From: Escherichia coli
GTDB lineage: Bacteria > Pseudomonadota > Gammaproteobacteria > Enterobacterales > Enterobacteriaceae
Reading direction: 5' to 3' (one strand)
DNA length: 64,000 nt
NCBI RefSeq assembly: GCF_003790525.1
Contig: NZ_CP033635.1
This document shows, one piece after another, positions 1-11,123 of the stretch (within the stretch, counting starts at the first letter, position 1; the number at the start of each line of letters is the position of its first letter). Under the pieces are notes generated by a model that was not told the origin of the DNA, did no database searches, and saw nothing but the letters and a program-made list of their open reading frames with translations. The translations under genes and the position numbers were made by a program.

Positions 1-191
1 GGCACGGCAATCTTAATAACCTCAAACCCTAAATCCTTCCCGGCTTTATCGGCAAACTTCCATTCGGTCTGGAACCACGGCTCTTCCGGTTGCTTCACCA
101 GAAAACCGAGCTTCAGGTTCTCCGCCATAGCGGATTGTGACATAACGGCTGCCAGACCAATGGCTGCCAGGGCTTTAGTAAATTTGTGCAT
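1..191 (-). CDS. araF: L-arabinose ABC transporter periplasmic binding protein, 5' end only (gene continues beyond window start)
   Basis: Minus-strand translation from ATG at 189-191 reads MHKFTKALAAIGLAAVMSQSAMAENLKLGFLVKQPEEPWF..., a signal peptide plus AraF N-terminus; runs off the window edge so absent from ORF track. Confidence 0.85.
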   Translation of the reverse strand, partial: MHKFTKALAAIGLAAVMSQSAMAENLKLGFLVKQPEEPWFQTEWKFADKAGKDLGFEVIKIAV

Positions 192-986
192 GGTTCTCTC
201 CAGCTTTAGTGTCGTTTTGTGTAGGGCAAAAACGAATGACATTCGTTAAATTAATCGGAAAACAAAGCATTACCTTTTAACTAAAAGATAAGTGACCGTG
301 TTGACATAGTTTTAGCGAGAAATTAATTCTCCATAGGAGAGCAATATCACATCGCAGAATTACAGTGAGAACGTGCATAAATTTAGCGGGAAAAGACATA
401 AGGAAAAGCCAATTTGTCTGACAAATTGTCTAGTGCACAGCAGATTAATCCATAAGATTAGCCTGGAAATCCTTGTTGTCTTTGGTACCCAGCGGGATGT
501 CTTTTTTTTAACCAGTCAATAGGCCACATTACCTGGCGTTGAGTTTTTGCAATGGTGTAATAACCGCAACTCAAAGATGTGGAAAAAGCGCGTCATTCAT
601 TTCGCCATTAATTATCACCGTGTTCATTAATTAACAGAACACGTATACTGAGAGCCATATCGCAAAAATGAAAAAACGTTTTAAAAAATCATTGCTTCAT
701 CATGAATTCAAATTCACCGATTAATATCAACAAGATACAAAAAGCACTATCATTAAAATTCATTGCAGTTACATTGATTTCATCAATGAAATGTAAAAAT
801 ATATAAACTTGATGATTTAAGCATTTTCTTATACCCATTCAGACGTTATTCTTATTTCAGATCATCGTCAGAATTGACTCCACGATCACATTTCGGACCG
901 GCAGAAAGGAATTATTCTGCAAACAGTAATTATGGTGTTTTGATTTATCTTGCACCTCTCCACTTCTGGATATAAGGATATTAGGT

Positions 987-1490
987 ATGGCAACCGCTGG
1001 AATGCTTCTCAAACTCAACTCTCAAATGAACCGCGAGTTTTACGCATCCAATCTCTACCTTCACCTAAGTAACTGGTGTTCTGAACAGAGTCTGAACGGC
1101 ACCGCCACTTTCCTTCGCGCCCAGGCACAGAGTAACGTGACCCAAATGATGCGCATGTTTAACTTTATGAAGAGTGTCGGCGCTACTCCCATCGTTAAAG
1201 CCATTGATGTTCCCGGTGAAAAACTGAACTCACTGGAAGAACTTTTCCAAAAAACGATGGAAGAATACGAGCAACGTTCAAGCACGCTGGCACAGTTAGC
1301 CGATGAAGCTAAAGAACTGAATGATGATTCAACCGTCAATTTCCTGCGCGATCTGGAAAAAGAACAGCAGCATGATGGCCTGTTGCTGCAAACCATTCTT
1401 GATGAAGTGCGCAGTGCGAAACTTGCTGGTATGTGCCCTGTGCAGACTGACCAACATGTTCTGAATGTCGTGTCGCATCAGCTGCATTGA
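987..1490 (+). CDS. ftnB: ferritin-like protein FtnB
   Basis: 167-aa ORF, ferritin-like four-helix fold sequence, paralogous to ftnA ORF 1.8 kb downstream. Confidence 0.85.
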   Translation: MATAGMLLKLNSQMNREFYASNLYLHLSNWCSEQSLNGTATFLRAQAQSNVTQMMRMFNFMKSVGATPIVKAIDVPGEKLNSLEELFQKTMEEYEQRSSTLAQLADEAKELNDDSTVNFLRDLEKEQQHDGLLLQTILDEVRSAKLAGMCPVQTDQHVLNVVSHQLH

Positions 1491-1533
1491 TCGTCATCGG
1501 CGCTAATGCAATTGCGCCGATGAAGTTTTTGAG

Positions 1534-1570
1534 AAACCGCTGCCTCATCTTTTTGAAGCAGCGGTTTTTT
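1534..1570. terminator. rho-independent terminator hairpin (aaaccgctgc...gcagcggtttttt) between convergent ftnB and yecJ
   Basis: GC stem with loop followed by T-run on + strand and A-run on the other side. Confidence 0.6.
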
Positions 1571-1820
1571 AATGGGATTCGCCCTGTGGGGTAAACTTGA
1601 GTTCAATCAGCGCGATGGCTTTTTGGATTGCCCGCATGGTGACCGGGTCTGCGGCGGCGGGATGGTGAGTAAAGTCGATATTCTTCAGCTGGCTGGACAT
1701 TTTTTCGCGAACTTCAACGGGCGCGATTACATCGAGAACATCCTGAATTTGTTTGATAACAAACTGGCAAGCAACCACATCAGAAACCAGTTCCTGATCG
1801 GCATTCAGCGGCTGGGACAT
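1569..1820 (-). CDS. yecJ: DUF2766 family small protein YecJ
   Basis: 83-aa [23 protein letters not shown]...; recognised as YecJ. Confidence 0.8.
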   Translation of the reverse strand: MSQPLNADQELVSDVVACQFVIKQIQDVLDVIAPVEVREKMSSQLKNIDFTHHPAAADPVTMRAIQKAIALIELKFTPQGESH

Positions 1821-1906
1821 CGTAAACTCCTGATAGCATTTTGAAAGCCGTTATAGTAGCGGCTTCACATCTTCAGCGATAGTCACATCCACCGTCACCA
1901 GGACAC

Positions 1907-1934
1907 AAAAAAACCTGCCGGAGCAGGTTTTTTG
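1907..1934 (-). terminator. intrinsic terminator immediately downstream of azuC (aaaaaaacctgccggagcaggttttttg)
   Basis: Perfect inverted repeat cctgc..gcagg flanked by A-run and T-run; bidirectional shape. Confidence 0.7.
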
Positions 1935-2021
1935 TTATCGGAACATATTGCCTGGTGGTACGTCTTTGAACGTCTTGCAATAGTTATTGAACATACTTTT
2001 CAGGATCTTGCGCAGTTTCAT
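1935..2021 (-). CDS. azuC: 28-aa small protein AzuC
   Basis: Minus-strand reading atgaaactgcgcaagatcctgaaaagtatgttcaataactattgcaagacgttcaaagacgtaccaccaggcaatatgttccgataa = MKLRKILKSMFNNYCKTFKDVPPGNMFR; below the 60-aa cutoff of the ORF track. Confidence 0.8.
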   Translation of the reverse strand: MKLRKILKSMFNNYCKTFKDVPPGNMFR

Positions 2022-2283
2022 CGCGGCACTCCGACTATTTGTTATGCAGGTGTTATTGTCTTTGCACTTATAATATGACAACCATCACAAAAATCAATCT
2101 TTATGTGATGCAAATCACATAAATACCCTTTTAATGTTATAAAAATGATAATCAAAAAGCAGCACCCCCATTTCTGACACCTACAGATGGCAAGAAATAG
2201 CGCCTGCCAGGCGTCTTTTCCGGCCATTGTCGCAGCGCTGTAACGCGTAAAATAGTGCTTTCTTTTACTCTTCTGGCTGGACC

Positions 2284-2607
2284 ATGAGACTTCTGATTCT
2301 GACTCTTTCATTAATAACGCTGGCGGGGTGCACAGTTACTCGCCAGGCTCATGTGGGCGAAGTTGACACGGCAACAGGTATTGTTCGGTTGGTTTATGAT
2401 CAGGCTTTTTTGCAGCATGCCCATACCGATCGTTATGTCAGTCGCGGGATCGCCGATCGCGCATGCCAGCAGGAAGGCTATACCCACGCGATCCCCTTTG
2501 GTCAGCCAGTAGGCAACTGTAGCCTCTTTGCGGGTTCCTTATGTTTGAATACGGAATTCACTTTGTCATATCAGTGCCATCATTCCGCCTTCCCTGTCTT
2601 TCTCTAA
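2284..2607 (+). CDS. yecR: lipoprotein YecR
   Basis: 107-aa ORF with signal peptide and lipobox LAGC. Confidence 0.8.
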   Translation: MRLLILTLSLITLAGCTVTRQAHVGEVDTATGIVRLVYDQAFLQHAHTDRYVSRGIADRACQQEGYTHAIPFGQPVGNCSLFAGSLCLNTEFTLSYQCHHSAFPVFL

Positions 2608-2778
2608 ACGTTTTAATCAGCGAGGGGGATCTTCGCTGATTAAATAAATAGCGGTAATGCGTTTTATTCCCATTCGTATTTTTAATAAATGATGTTTATA
2701 TTTTACCTTTTGCAAATAATAAAATAACAAATTATAGTGACGCCACAGCAACAAATATAACCTTTGTGGAGCACTATC

Positions 2779-3276
2779 ATGCTGAAACCAGAAATGATTG
2801 AAAAACTTAATGAGCAGATGAACCTGGAACTGTACTCTTCACTGCTTTATCAGCAAATGAGCGCCTGGTGCAGCTATCATACCTTCGAAGGTGCTGCCAC
2901 GTTCCTGCGCCGCCACGCCCAGGAAGAGATGACGCATATGCAGCGTCTGTTTGATTATCTGACTGATACCGGCAACTTACCGCGTATTAATACCGTTGAA
3001 TCTCCGTTTGCTGAATATTCCTCACTTGATGAATTATTCCAGGAAACCTATAAACACGAACAATTAATCACGCAGAAAATTAACGAACTGGCTCATGCTG
3101 CAATGACCAATCAGGACTACCCAACATTTAATTTCCTGCAATGGTATGTTTCTGAGCAGCATGAAGAAGAGAAACTGTTCAAATCGATTATTGATAAATT
3201 AAGCCTGGCAGGCAAAAGCGGCGAAGGTCTGTATTTTATCGACAAAGAACTCTCTACCCTCGACACACAAAACTAA
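2779..3276 (+). CDS. ftnA: ferritin FtnA (iron storage)
   Basis: ORF 2764..3276; internal ATG at 2779 gives 165 aa [30 protein letters not shown]..., ferritin family. Confidence 0.9.
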   Translation: MLKPEMIEKLNEQMNLELYSSLLYQQMSAWCSYHTFEGAATFLRRHAQEEMTHMQRLFDYLTDTGNLPRINTVESPFAEYSSLDELFQETYKHEQLITQKINELAHAAMTNQDYPTFNFLQWYVSEQHEEEKLFKSIIDKLSLAGKSGEGLYFIDKELSTLDTQN

Positions 3277-3280
3277 TGCT

Positions 3281-3310
3281 CTCCGGCGGCAGGTTTACTG
3301 CCGCCGTTTC
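3281..3310. terminator. terminator hairpin ctccggcggcag..ctgccgccg followed by TTTC, between ftnA and yecH
   Basis: GC-rich inverted repeat directly after ftnA stop. Confidence 0.55.
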
Positions 3311-3313
3311 AAA

Positions 3314-3553
3314 TCAGTGACGGCAAATCTTACTCTGATCGGTCGAAAAACCGTCTTCCGAAGGTATAAATTTGCCTTTTGCTGCCAGAAACGCTACCAG
3401 CTCTCCCGCAGTCATCCCTTCTGCCGAGCAGGTGTGAAAACGTGCCTGTTCACCAAAACGCGCTTTAATCGCAGCTTCCAGACTGGCATGCGTATATTGC
3501 TCGCCTGATTCAATCATCATATTTAACACTTCATGACCGTGAATAGAGTCCAT
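3314..3553 (-). CDS. yecH: DUF2492 family protein YecH
   Basis: 79-aa ORF MDSIHGHEVLNMMIESGEQYTHASLEAAIKARFGEQARFHTCSAEGMTAGELVAFLAAKGKF... Confidence 0.8.
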   Translation of the reverse strand: MDSIHGHEVLNMMIESGEQYTHASLEAAIKARFGEQARFHTCSAEGMTAGELVAFLAAKGKFIPSEDGFSTDQSKICRH

Positions 3554-3634
3554 CGTTCCTCCTCAAAAAAAAGCCTAGCGTAGCGATTACCGCTTATGAA
3601 GACTTTGCGCCAGCGCAGGACTGAATGCTTTTAT

Positions 3635-3652
3635 TGTACATTTATATTTACA
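3635..3652 (+). promoter_or_regulatory. candidate TyrR box (TGTACA-N6-TTTACA) upstream of tyrP
   Basis: Sequence tgtacatttatatttaca matches TGTAAA-N6-TTTACA TyrR-box symmetry, 90 bp upstream of tyrP start. Confidence 0.55.
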
Positions 3653-3743
3653 CCATATGTAACGTCGGTTTGACGAAGCAGCCGTTATGCCTTAACCTGC
3701 GCCGCAGATATCACTCATAAAGATCGTCAGGACAGAAGAAAGC

Positions 3744-4955
3744 GTGAAAAACAGAACCCTGGGAAGTGTTTTTATCGTGGCGGGAACCACAATTGGCGCA
3801 GGCATGCTGGCAATGCCGCTGGCTGCGGCAGGTGTTGGTTTTAGCGTCACGTTAATCTTGTTGATTGGGCTTTGGGCGTTGATGTGCTACACGGCGCTAT
3901 TACTGCTGGAGGTGTACCAGCATGTTCCGGCAGATACCGGTCTTGGCACGCTGGCAAAACGCTATCTGGGACGCTACGGTCAATGGCTGACGGGCTTCAG
4001 TATGATGTTCTTAATGTATGCTCTGACTGCGGCATACATCAGCGGTGCCGGTGAATTGTTGGCCTCCAGCATCAGCGACTGGACAGGTATTTCTATGTCG
4101 GCAACCGCTGGCGTGCTGTTGTTCACTTTTGTTGCCGGTGGCGTGGTTTGTGTCGGAACTTCACTGGTCGATTTATTTAACCGTTTTCTGTTCAGCGCCA
4201 AGATTATTTTTCTGGTGGTAATGCTGGTACTACTGCTGCCGCATATTCACAAAGTGAATCTTTTAACCCTGCCGTTGCAACAGGGGCTGGCTCTGTCTGC
4301 AATCCCGGTGATTTTTACGTCGTTTGGTTTTCACGGTAGCGTGCCGAGTATTGTCAGCTATATGGATGGCAACATTCGTAAGCTACGCTGGGTGTTTATA
4401 ATCGGTAGTGCGATCCCCCTGGTGGCATATATTTTCTGGCAGGTGGCGACGCTTGGCAGCATTGATTCAACAACCTTTATGGGATTGCTGGCTAATCATG
4501 CTGGATTAAACGGGCTGTTACAGGCGTTACGCGAAATGGTGGCCTCTCCGCATGTTGAGCTGGCAGTGCATTTATTTGCTGATTTAGCCCTCGCCACGTC
4601 ATTTCTCGGCGTTGCGTTAGGCTTATTTGATTATCTGGCTGATTTATTTCAGCGTTCAAATACCGTTGGTGGACGGTTGCAAACTGGTGCAATTACGTTT
4701 CTGCCGCCGTTGGCGTTTGCACTGTTTTATCCACGAGGATTTGTGATGGCGCTGGGTTACGCCGGTGTGGCGCTGGCGGTACTGGCATTGATTATCCCTT
4801 CGCTGTTGACCTGGCAAAGCAGAAAGCACAATCCTCAGGCGGGTTACCGGGTCAAAGGTGGTCGTCCGGCGCTGGTGGTGGTGTTTCTCTGTGGTATTGC
4901 TGTGATTGGCGTGCAATTTTTGATTGCGGCAGGGTTGTTACCAGAAGTGGGGTGA
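3744..4955 (+). CDS. tyrP: tyrosine-specific permease (HAAAP family)
   Basis: 403-aa ORF starting at GTG 3744, polytopic membrane protein, recognised TyrP sequence. Confidence 0.9.
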
Positions 4956-5016
4956 TCAGATAGCCTCAAATTCCTTATTGGGTGCCAGAATTAACGCTGA
5001 CACCCAATTTGGCCTC

Positions 5017-5682
5017 TTAATGCAGGCAGCACTGCTTAAATTTCTTACCACTACCGCACGGGCAAGGATCGTTACGCCCCGGTTTCTCTTCTGCTTTGAT
5101 CGGTTGCTGAACAGCTTTTTCCTGCGGATGCGCCATCCAGTACGCATGTAGATCAAGCGCCGCCAGTCGAATGGCATCTACGCTCTCTTCAAACGCTTCT
5201 GGCGACATCTTTTCTACCCGCTCGAAGTTTTCCTCAGTACCGTGCAGCGCAATCGCCTCCAGCGCTGGTTTTAACGAATCGGGCAACGTTGACCAGTCAG
5301 AAAGTGCCACGCCCCGCATATAACCAAAGCACCACTCCTCAACAATCGTCAGCTCGCTGCCATCAACTTCTCGCAAGCCGAATAACGGCTCAAACTGCTC
5401 CGGGAATTCGTTCAGACGCTCTGCGGTATCGGCCATATGTTGAAAAGCCAGATTCATAAAGCGCGTCATCTCTTTCTCTGACGCCCAGCGCGGCACATAG
5501 TCAGCCCCACCCCACACGGCAACCAGCCACTGTTCCGGTTCAATCTCTTGCGGAGAACTCAACACCGCCGTCAATAAACCGTCCAGCTCCGCCACATCAA
5601 GGATGGCGTGGTCAGTGTTGTATTTGGTCAGAATATCGTCCAGCCATTCCAACTCACTTTCGTTTAACGGTCCCGTTTTCAT
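5017..5682 (-). CDS. yecA: UPF0149 family protein with C-terminal SEC-C zinc-binding motif
   Basis: 221-aa ORF ending ...[18 protein letters not shown] (SEC-C motif). Confidence 0.85.
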   Translation of the reverse strand: MKTGPLNESELEWLDDILTKYNTDHAILDVAELDGLLTAVLSSPQEIEPEQWLVAVWGGADYVPRWASEKEMTRFMNLAFQHMADTAERLNEFPEQFEPLFGLREVDGSELTIVEEWCFGYMRGVALSDWSTLPDSLKPALEAIALHGTEENFERVEKMSPEAFEESVDAIRLAALDLHAYWMAHPQEKAVQQPIKAEEKPGRNDPCPCGSGKKFKQCCLH

Positions 5683-5810
5683 ACGCTTTTCCTTGTGGAT
5701 CTCAACTCGCCAGCACCTATCTTACATGCCGGTCCGTATCAGAGATACTTTTTGAGTGGCTTTGCTGGTGATTAAAAATTAAGGAGGGTGTAACGACAAG
5801 TTGCAGGCAC

Positions 5811-5833
5811 AAAAAAACCACCCGAAGGTGGTT
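5811..5833 (-). terminator. terminator of the pgsA-glyW-cysT-leuZ transcription unit
   Basis: Minus strand reads ccaccttcgggtggtttttttg: hairpin plus T7 run immediately downstream of leuZ. Confidence 0.7.
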
Positions 5834-5877
5834 TCACGACACTGCTTATTGCTTTGATTTTATTCTTATCTTTCCCA

Positions 5878-5964
5878 TGGTACCCGGAGCGGGACTTGAA
5901 CCCGCACAGCGCGAACGCCGAGGGATTTTAAATCCCTTGTGTCTACCGATTCCACCATCCGGGC
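5878..5964 (-). tRNA. leuZ: tRNA-Leu
   Basis: Reverse complement matches GCCCGGATGGTGGAATCGGTAGACACAAGGGATTTAAAATCCCTCGGCGTTCGCGCTGTGCGGGTTCAAGTCCCGCTCCGGGTACCA (87 nt, CCA end). Confidence 0.9.
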
Positions 5965-5976
5965 TCGGGAAGAAAG

Positions 5977-6050
5977 TGGAGGCGCGTTCCGGAGTCGAAC
6001 CGGACTAGACGGATTTGCAATCCGCTACATAACCGCTTTGTTAACGCGCC
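5977..6050 (-). tRNA. cysT: tRNA-Cys (GCA)
   Basis: Reverse complement gives GGCGCGTTAACAAAGCGGTTATGTAGCGGATTGCAAATCCGTCTAGTCCGGTTCGACTCCGGAACGCGCCTCCA (74 nt). Confidence 0.9.
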
Positions 6051-6104
6051 AAATTCTTCAGGCCTTTCAGCCAGACATCCGCTTGACGCCGATGTCTTTT
6101 AAAC

Positions 6105-6180
<76 letters not shown>

Positions 6181-6331
6181 ATTCATCAAGCAATCAGTTA
6201 ATCACTTGATTTTATTATCGTCTGGCAATCAGTGCCGCCGTTCGATGCGTTGCATTCTACTTACCTGGCGCGATGAGTCAACGATATTTTTCACCACTTT
6301 TGATCGTTTGCTGAAAATTACGCCGAAACGA

Positions 6332-6880
6332 TCACTGATCAAGCAAATCTGCACGCGCAGCGCTCAAATATTGCAACATTGACCACAGAGTCAGTACCGC
6401 AGCCACAAAGAAAAGTGCAATACCGGCGTACTCAACCCAAATGTTCGGACGCCACAGCAGCCATGCCAACGCCACCATCTGGGCCGTAGTTTTCACTTTC
6501 CCAATCCAGGAGACGGCCACGCTACTGCGTTTACCCAACTCCGCCATCCATTCGCGTAGCGCAGAAATAATAATTTCACGGGCGATCATCGTTGCCGCCG
6601 GTAATGTCACCCACCAGCTGTGATAATGCTCGGTTACCAGCACCATGGCGATAGCCACGAGAACTTTATCTGCCACAGGGTCAAGGAAAGCACCAAACCG
6701 GGTACTCTGGTTCCAGCGGCGTGCCAGAAAACCATCGAACCAGTCAGTCACCGCCGCGACGCAGAAAATGAGCGCGGCGGCAAACGGCGACCAGGTGACA
6801 GGCAGATAAAAGACCAATACAAAGAATGGGATAAGGATGACACGGAACAGTGTAAGCAACGTAGGGATATTAAATTGCAT
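6332..6880 (-). CDS. pgsA: CDP-diacylglycerol--glycerol-3-phosphate 3-phosphatidyltransferase
   Basis: 182-aa ORF with CDP-alcohol phosphatidyltransferase motif DWFDGFLAR...[10 protein letters not shown]. Confidence 0.9.
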
Positions 6881-6936
6881 AATGACGGGTAACTATCTGT
6901 TGTCAGTAAGATTACCCCTATGTTGCTACAGAGACA

Positions 6937-8769
6937 TCAATGTTTCAACGACCAGAAGATCTTTTCTGCCAGACCTTGCGAAATACCCGGCACTTTTGCA
7001 ATTTCCTCGACGCTGGCGTTACGTAAACCTTGCAAACCGCCCATATATTTCAACAACATTTGCCGACGTTTTGGCCCGACGCCTTCAATGGTTTCCAGGG
7101 AACTGGTATTTTTGACCTTCGCCCGTTTTTTACGGTGCCCGCCAATCGCGTGATCATGTGATTCATCGCGAATATGCTGGATAACATGCAGCGCGGGAGA
7201 ATCTGGCGGCAAACTAAATCCCTCACCTTCCGGCTCAAAGAACAGCGTTTCCAGCCCAGCCTTACGATCTGCTCCTTTGGCAACGCCAAGTAGCAGCGGA
7301 TGATTTTTATCCCATGAGACATCCAGTTCGGCGAAGACATTTTTCGCCTGCGCAAGCTGGCCTTTGCCGCCGTCGATAAGGATCACATCAGGGATCTTAC
7401 TGTCGTCAATGGCTTTACCATAACGCCGACGCAGCACCTGATTCATCGCCGCATAATCATCGCCCGGCCTGATGCCTGTAATGTTATAGCGCCGATACTC
7501 CGCACGCAGCGGGCCGTTAGCATCAAACACCACACAGGAAGCGACGGTTTGTTCACCCATGGTATGGCTGATGTCAAAGCACTCCATCCGCTTCACTTCC
7601 GGCAATTTCAACACGCTGGCAAGCGCGGTCAGTCGCTGGTGAACGGTAGATTGCTGCGAAAGTTTGCTGGTTAAGGCCGTCGCCGCATTGGTGCGCGCGA
7701 GTTTCAGATAACGCGCCCTATCGCCGCGAGGTTTGGTTTGAACATTAATCTTGCGTCCCGCCAGTTCTGAAAGGGAATCGGCGAGCAGCGTTTTATCGCT
7801 AAGATTAAAATCGAGCAGGATCTCACCCGGTAAGGTGCGCATCTGGCTGCCTTGTAAATAGAACTGTCCTACGAAGGTTTCCACCACCTCGCTCAGTTCC
7901 GTACCGCAAGGCACTTTCGGGAAATAGCTGCGGCTGCCAAGCACTTTGCCCTGACGAATGAACAATACGTGGACACAAGCCATGCCCGCATCGAACGCCA
8001 CACCAATAACGTCGAGGTCGTCGCCGGTATTGGACACAAACTGTTTTTCGGTGACGCGTCGCACCGCCTGAATTTGGTCGCGAATACGTGCCGCTTCTTC
8101 AAACTCCAGATTCTGGCTGGCAGTTTCCATACGGCTAATCAGTTGCGTAAGCACCTGATCATCTTTGCCAGACAAAAACAGGCGCACATACTCGACCTGC
8201 TGAGCGTATTCTTCTTCACTCACCAGTCCTTCAACGCACGGCCCCAGACAACGTCCTATCTGATATTGCAGACACGGACGCGAGCGATTGCGATAAACAC
8301 TGTTTTCGCACTGGCGAATGGGGAAAATCTTTTGCAGTAGCGCCAGTGTTTCACGTACGGCATAGCCATTCGGGAACGGGCCGAAATATTCACCTTTGGC
8401 ATGCTTTGCACCACGATGCATCGCCAGACGCGGGTGGGTATCGCCACTCAGGAAGATAAAAGGATATGATTTATCATCGCGTAGCAAAACGTTGTAACGC
8501 GGCTGATAGAGTTTGATGTAGTTGTGTTCCAGCAACAGCGCTTCGGTTTCTGTATGAGTAACCGTTACATCAATTTGCTGGATCTGGGCGACCAGCGCTT
8601 CGGTTTTGCGCGAAGCGAGGTTGCTACGGAAATAGCTGGAAAGCCGTTTTTTCAGGTCTTTCGCTTTGCCGACATAGATAACCGTACCACCAGCATCGTA
8701 CATGCGATAAACGCCTGGCTGGCTGGTTACGGTTTTTAAAAACGCTTTTGCGTCAAACTGATCACTCAC
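6937..8769 (-). CDS. uvrC: excinuclease ABC subunit C
   Basis: 610-aa ORF; N-terminal GIY-YIG motif ([28 protein letters not shown]), C-terminal helix-hairpin-helix region. Confidence 0.95.
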   Translation of the reverse strand: MSDQFDAKAFLKTVTSQPGVYRMYDAGGTVIYVGKAKDLKKRLSSYFRSNLASRKTEALVAQIQQIDVTVTHTETEALLLEHNYIKLYQPRYNVLLRDDKSYPFIFLSGDTHPRLAMHRGAKHAKGEYFGPFPNGYAVRETLALLQKIFPIRQCENSVYRNRSRPCLQYQIGRCLGPCVEGLVSEEEYAQQVEYVRLFLSGKDDQVLTQLISRMETASQNLEFEEAARIRDQIQAVRRVTEKQFVSNTGDDLDVIGVAFDAGMACVHVLFIRQGKVLGSRSYFPKVPCGTELSEVVETFVGQFYLQGSQMRTLPGEILLDFNLSDKTLLADSLSELAGRKINVQTKPRGDRARYLKLARTNAATALTSKLSQQSTVHQRLTALASVLKLPEVKRMECFDISHTMGEQTVASCVVFDANGPLRAEYRRYNITGIRPGDDYAAMNQVLRRRYGKAIDDSKIPDVILIDGGKGQLAQAKNVFAELDVSWDKNHPLLLGVAKGADRKAGLETLFFEPEGEGFSLPPDSPALHVIQHIRDESHDHAIGGHRKKRAKVKNTSSLETIEGVGPKRRQMLLKYMGGLQGLRNASVEEIAKVPGISQGLAEKIFWSLKH

Positions 8770-9422
8770 TGACTTGATAATGTCTCCGCATTACACAGAC
8801 CATGGCGAATTGCCAGGTGAGTCAGCTCAACATCGCCATGAATGTTTAGTTTACTGAACATACGATAGCGGTAGCTGTTCACCGTTTTCGGACTGAGATT
8901 GAGCTGTTCTGAGATCTCATTGACCTTCTGGCCCTTGGTGATCATCAGCATAATCTGCAATTCACGTTCAGACAAACTGGCAAATGGGCTTTCTGTTTTT
9001 TCTGGTTCGATCTGGCTTAACGCCATTTGTTGAGCGATGTCAGAAGCAATGTAACGCTGCCCTGAATAGACAGAACGAATCGCACTCACGACTTCCTGCG
9101 GAGCCGCGCCTTTGCTGAGGTAGCCCGCAGCACCGGCCTGCATGACTTTCGCTGGTAAAGGGTTTTCTGTATGGACGGTAAGCATGATGATTTTGACATC
9201 AGCTGTGGAACGCGCGATTTTACGCGTCGCCTCAAGACCGCCAATGCCCGGCATACTCATGTCCATTAGCACCACGTCAACGGCATTTGTCCGGCACCAC
9301 TTAACGGCGTCTTCACCGCACGATGCCTCACCGACGACTTTTATACCCTTTATATCTTCCAGAATGCGTCGTATCCCTGCGCGCACCAGTTCGTGGTCAT
9401 CAACAAGTAGAACGTTGATCAA
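8766..9422 (-). CDS. uvrY: response regulator UvrY (BarA partner; receiver + LuxR-type HTH)
   Basis: 218-aa [25 protein letters not shown]...; overlaps uvrC start by 4 bp. Confidence 0.95.
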   Translation of the reverse strand: MINVLLVDDHELVRAGIRRILEDIKGIKVVGEASCGEDAVKWCRTNAVDVVLMDMSMPGIGGLEATRKIARSTADVKIIMLTVHTENPLPAKVMQAGAAGYLSKGAAPQEVVSAIRSVYSGQRYIASDIAQQMALSQIEPEKTESPFASLSERELQIMLMITKGQKVNEISEQLNLSPKTVNSYRYRMFSKLNIHGDVELTHLAIRHGLCNAETLSSQ

Positions 9423-9880
9423 AGGAATATCTCCAGAAATAGGGATAACGCTACTGATAGTTAGTCATTCGTATATTAGCGGTTTTTATTGCAACTTTGA
9501 AACGTTAAAAATGGTGGGTATTCGATTTTTCTCTCGTTTTTGTCAATTCGATTGTCCACAGTTATGGTCACGCCCGTCACCAACGGCTTACCGGATCGTT
9601 TCACAGTAAGCCCTACGATGAAATGTGACAAAAATTGACTTTATTCAGCAAAAATGAAAATCAGCCCGCTGAATATGTAACATTAATTAACCCGAACAAT
9701 ACGGGCAAAAAACATTCATGATAAAAATATTTATTGGTCATTATATTAACGTATTTTATAGCACTGCCGATATCACGCTCAAAAAACAACCACTGCTATT
9801 TTTAGCAAAGCTTATGGTATACTCCGCCGCCTTAACATTTTTCACCGCAAATTTTCATTGCAACATGACGAGGAAAATAA

Positions 9881-10105
9881 ATGAGTACGCCTGATTTTTC
9901 TACTGCCGAGAATAATCAAGAACTGGCAAATGAAGTCTCCTGCCTGAAAGCGATGCTGACGCTGATGCTGCAGGCGATGGGACAAGCTGACGCGGGCCGC
10001 GTGATGTTAAAGATGGAAAAACAGCTTGCGCTGATCGAAGACGAAACCCAGGCTGCAGTATTTTCCAAAACGGTTAAGCAAATTAAACAAGCCTACCGTC
10101 AGTAA
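9881..10105 (+). CDS. yecF: DUF2594 family protein YecF
   Basis: 74-aa [38 protein letters not shown]... Confidence 0.8.
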
Positions 10106-10171
10106 TATAAAACCGGCTGAGAGCGTGCCTTTCAGCCGGTTTTTGCATCTGGCACGCAGAAAGAAAAGCGA

Positions 10172-10894
10172 TCAAATTAAGCCAGTAGCGGCCGCGTAAC
10201 AGGCCACCTGGGTCTTATTTGGTGCATTGATTTTTTTCTGCATGTTTTTCTGATGGAAATTGACCGTATTCTCAGAGATTGACAAAATCATCGCTATCTC
10301 TGCTGATGTCTTCCCTTCCGCCGTCCATTTCAGAATTTCTTTTTCGCGCTTGCTGAAATTCATCTCTGGCGTCATCACTATTTCATCATTTAAACGCATC
10401 AGAGCCATCAGACTTTCGCGCACCAGTAACTGCATTTTTAATTGCAGTTCATCACTAAGAATGGGTATTTCGCGAGCGCTGCAACGGGAAAAGGACAAAA
10501 AGCCCAACGCCCGATTTGGCAGCATTAAATACTGAGTGACACCGCGGCGTAAACCATGTGCGCGCGCGGCTTCCCATAACGGCTGTGCTTCGCTGAATAA
10601 GTCATCATTCCACATTAAATGGCCCTGACTAAAGTTTTCAGGGTTCAGCACCGGATCAATTGCGAGAAAATTTTTTGCCTGATAATAACTAACCCACGAC
10701 TCAGGGTAATTGGTGTAGAAAGCCACTTTAGGTCGCGTGAATGGTACCGGGTGGCGAACACATAACGAATAGTAATCGTACTCCAGCTGCTGAGCCTGAA
10801 GCTCTATTTCATGGTAGACCTCTTCTGCGGCCTCCATCCTCTGAAAACGCAACAGCATCGTGCGACGCCAGCTGAAAAAATCCGTATCCTGCAT
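10172..10894 (-). CDS. sdiA: LuxR-family quorum-sensing regulator SdiA
   Basis: ORF 10172..10906; internal ATG at 10894 gives 240 aa MQDTDFFSWRRTMLLRFQRMEAAEEVYHEIEL..., autoinducer-binding domain plus C-terminal HTH. Confidence 0.9.
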   Translation of the reverse strand: MQDTDFFSWRRTMLLRFQRMEAAEEVYHEIELQAQQLEYDYYSLCVRHPVPFTRPKVAFYTNYPESWVSYYQAKNFLAIDPVLNPENFSQGHLMWNDDLFSEAQPLWEAARAHGLRRGVTQYLMLPNRALGFLSFSRCSAREIPILSDELQLKMQLLVRESLMALMRLNDEIVMTPEMNFSKREKEILKWTAEGKTSAEIAMILSISENTVNFHQKNMQKKINAPNKTQVACYAAATGLI

Positions 10895-11123
10895 AGTAAA
10901 CCGCAACGCCCCTGAGAGTGAGTATCATTTATAATGATAATTCAAACTATCACATAAATAAGATTTATATATAATTTATATTATTCAGGCAATGAATTAC
11001 TTTTGCAAGCCATCGCATTCTCTTATGTTATTAATGAGTTATGCTGATTTGTTAAGCAGTTTTATCAGGCTTGAAATGGCGTCCCGCCCCGACAGGTGAA
11101 TCGTCGGGGCTGATTTTTTCTTA

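Noticed and set aside
9142-9609. 155-aa + strand ORF antisense to uvrY
   Set aside because: It lies entirely within or overlapping the well-supported uvrY gene on the opposite strand; typical antisense open frame in a GC-rich gene, with no RBS or family resemblance.
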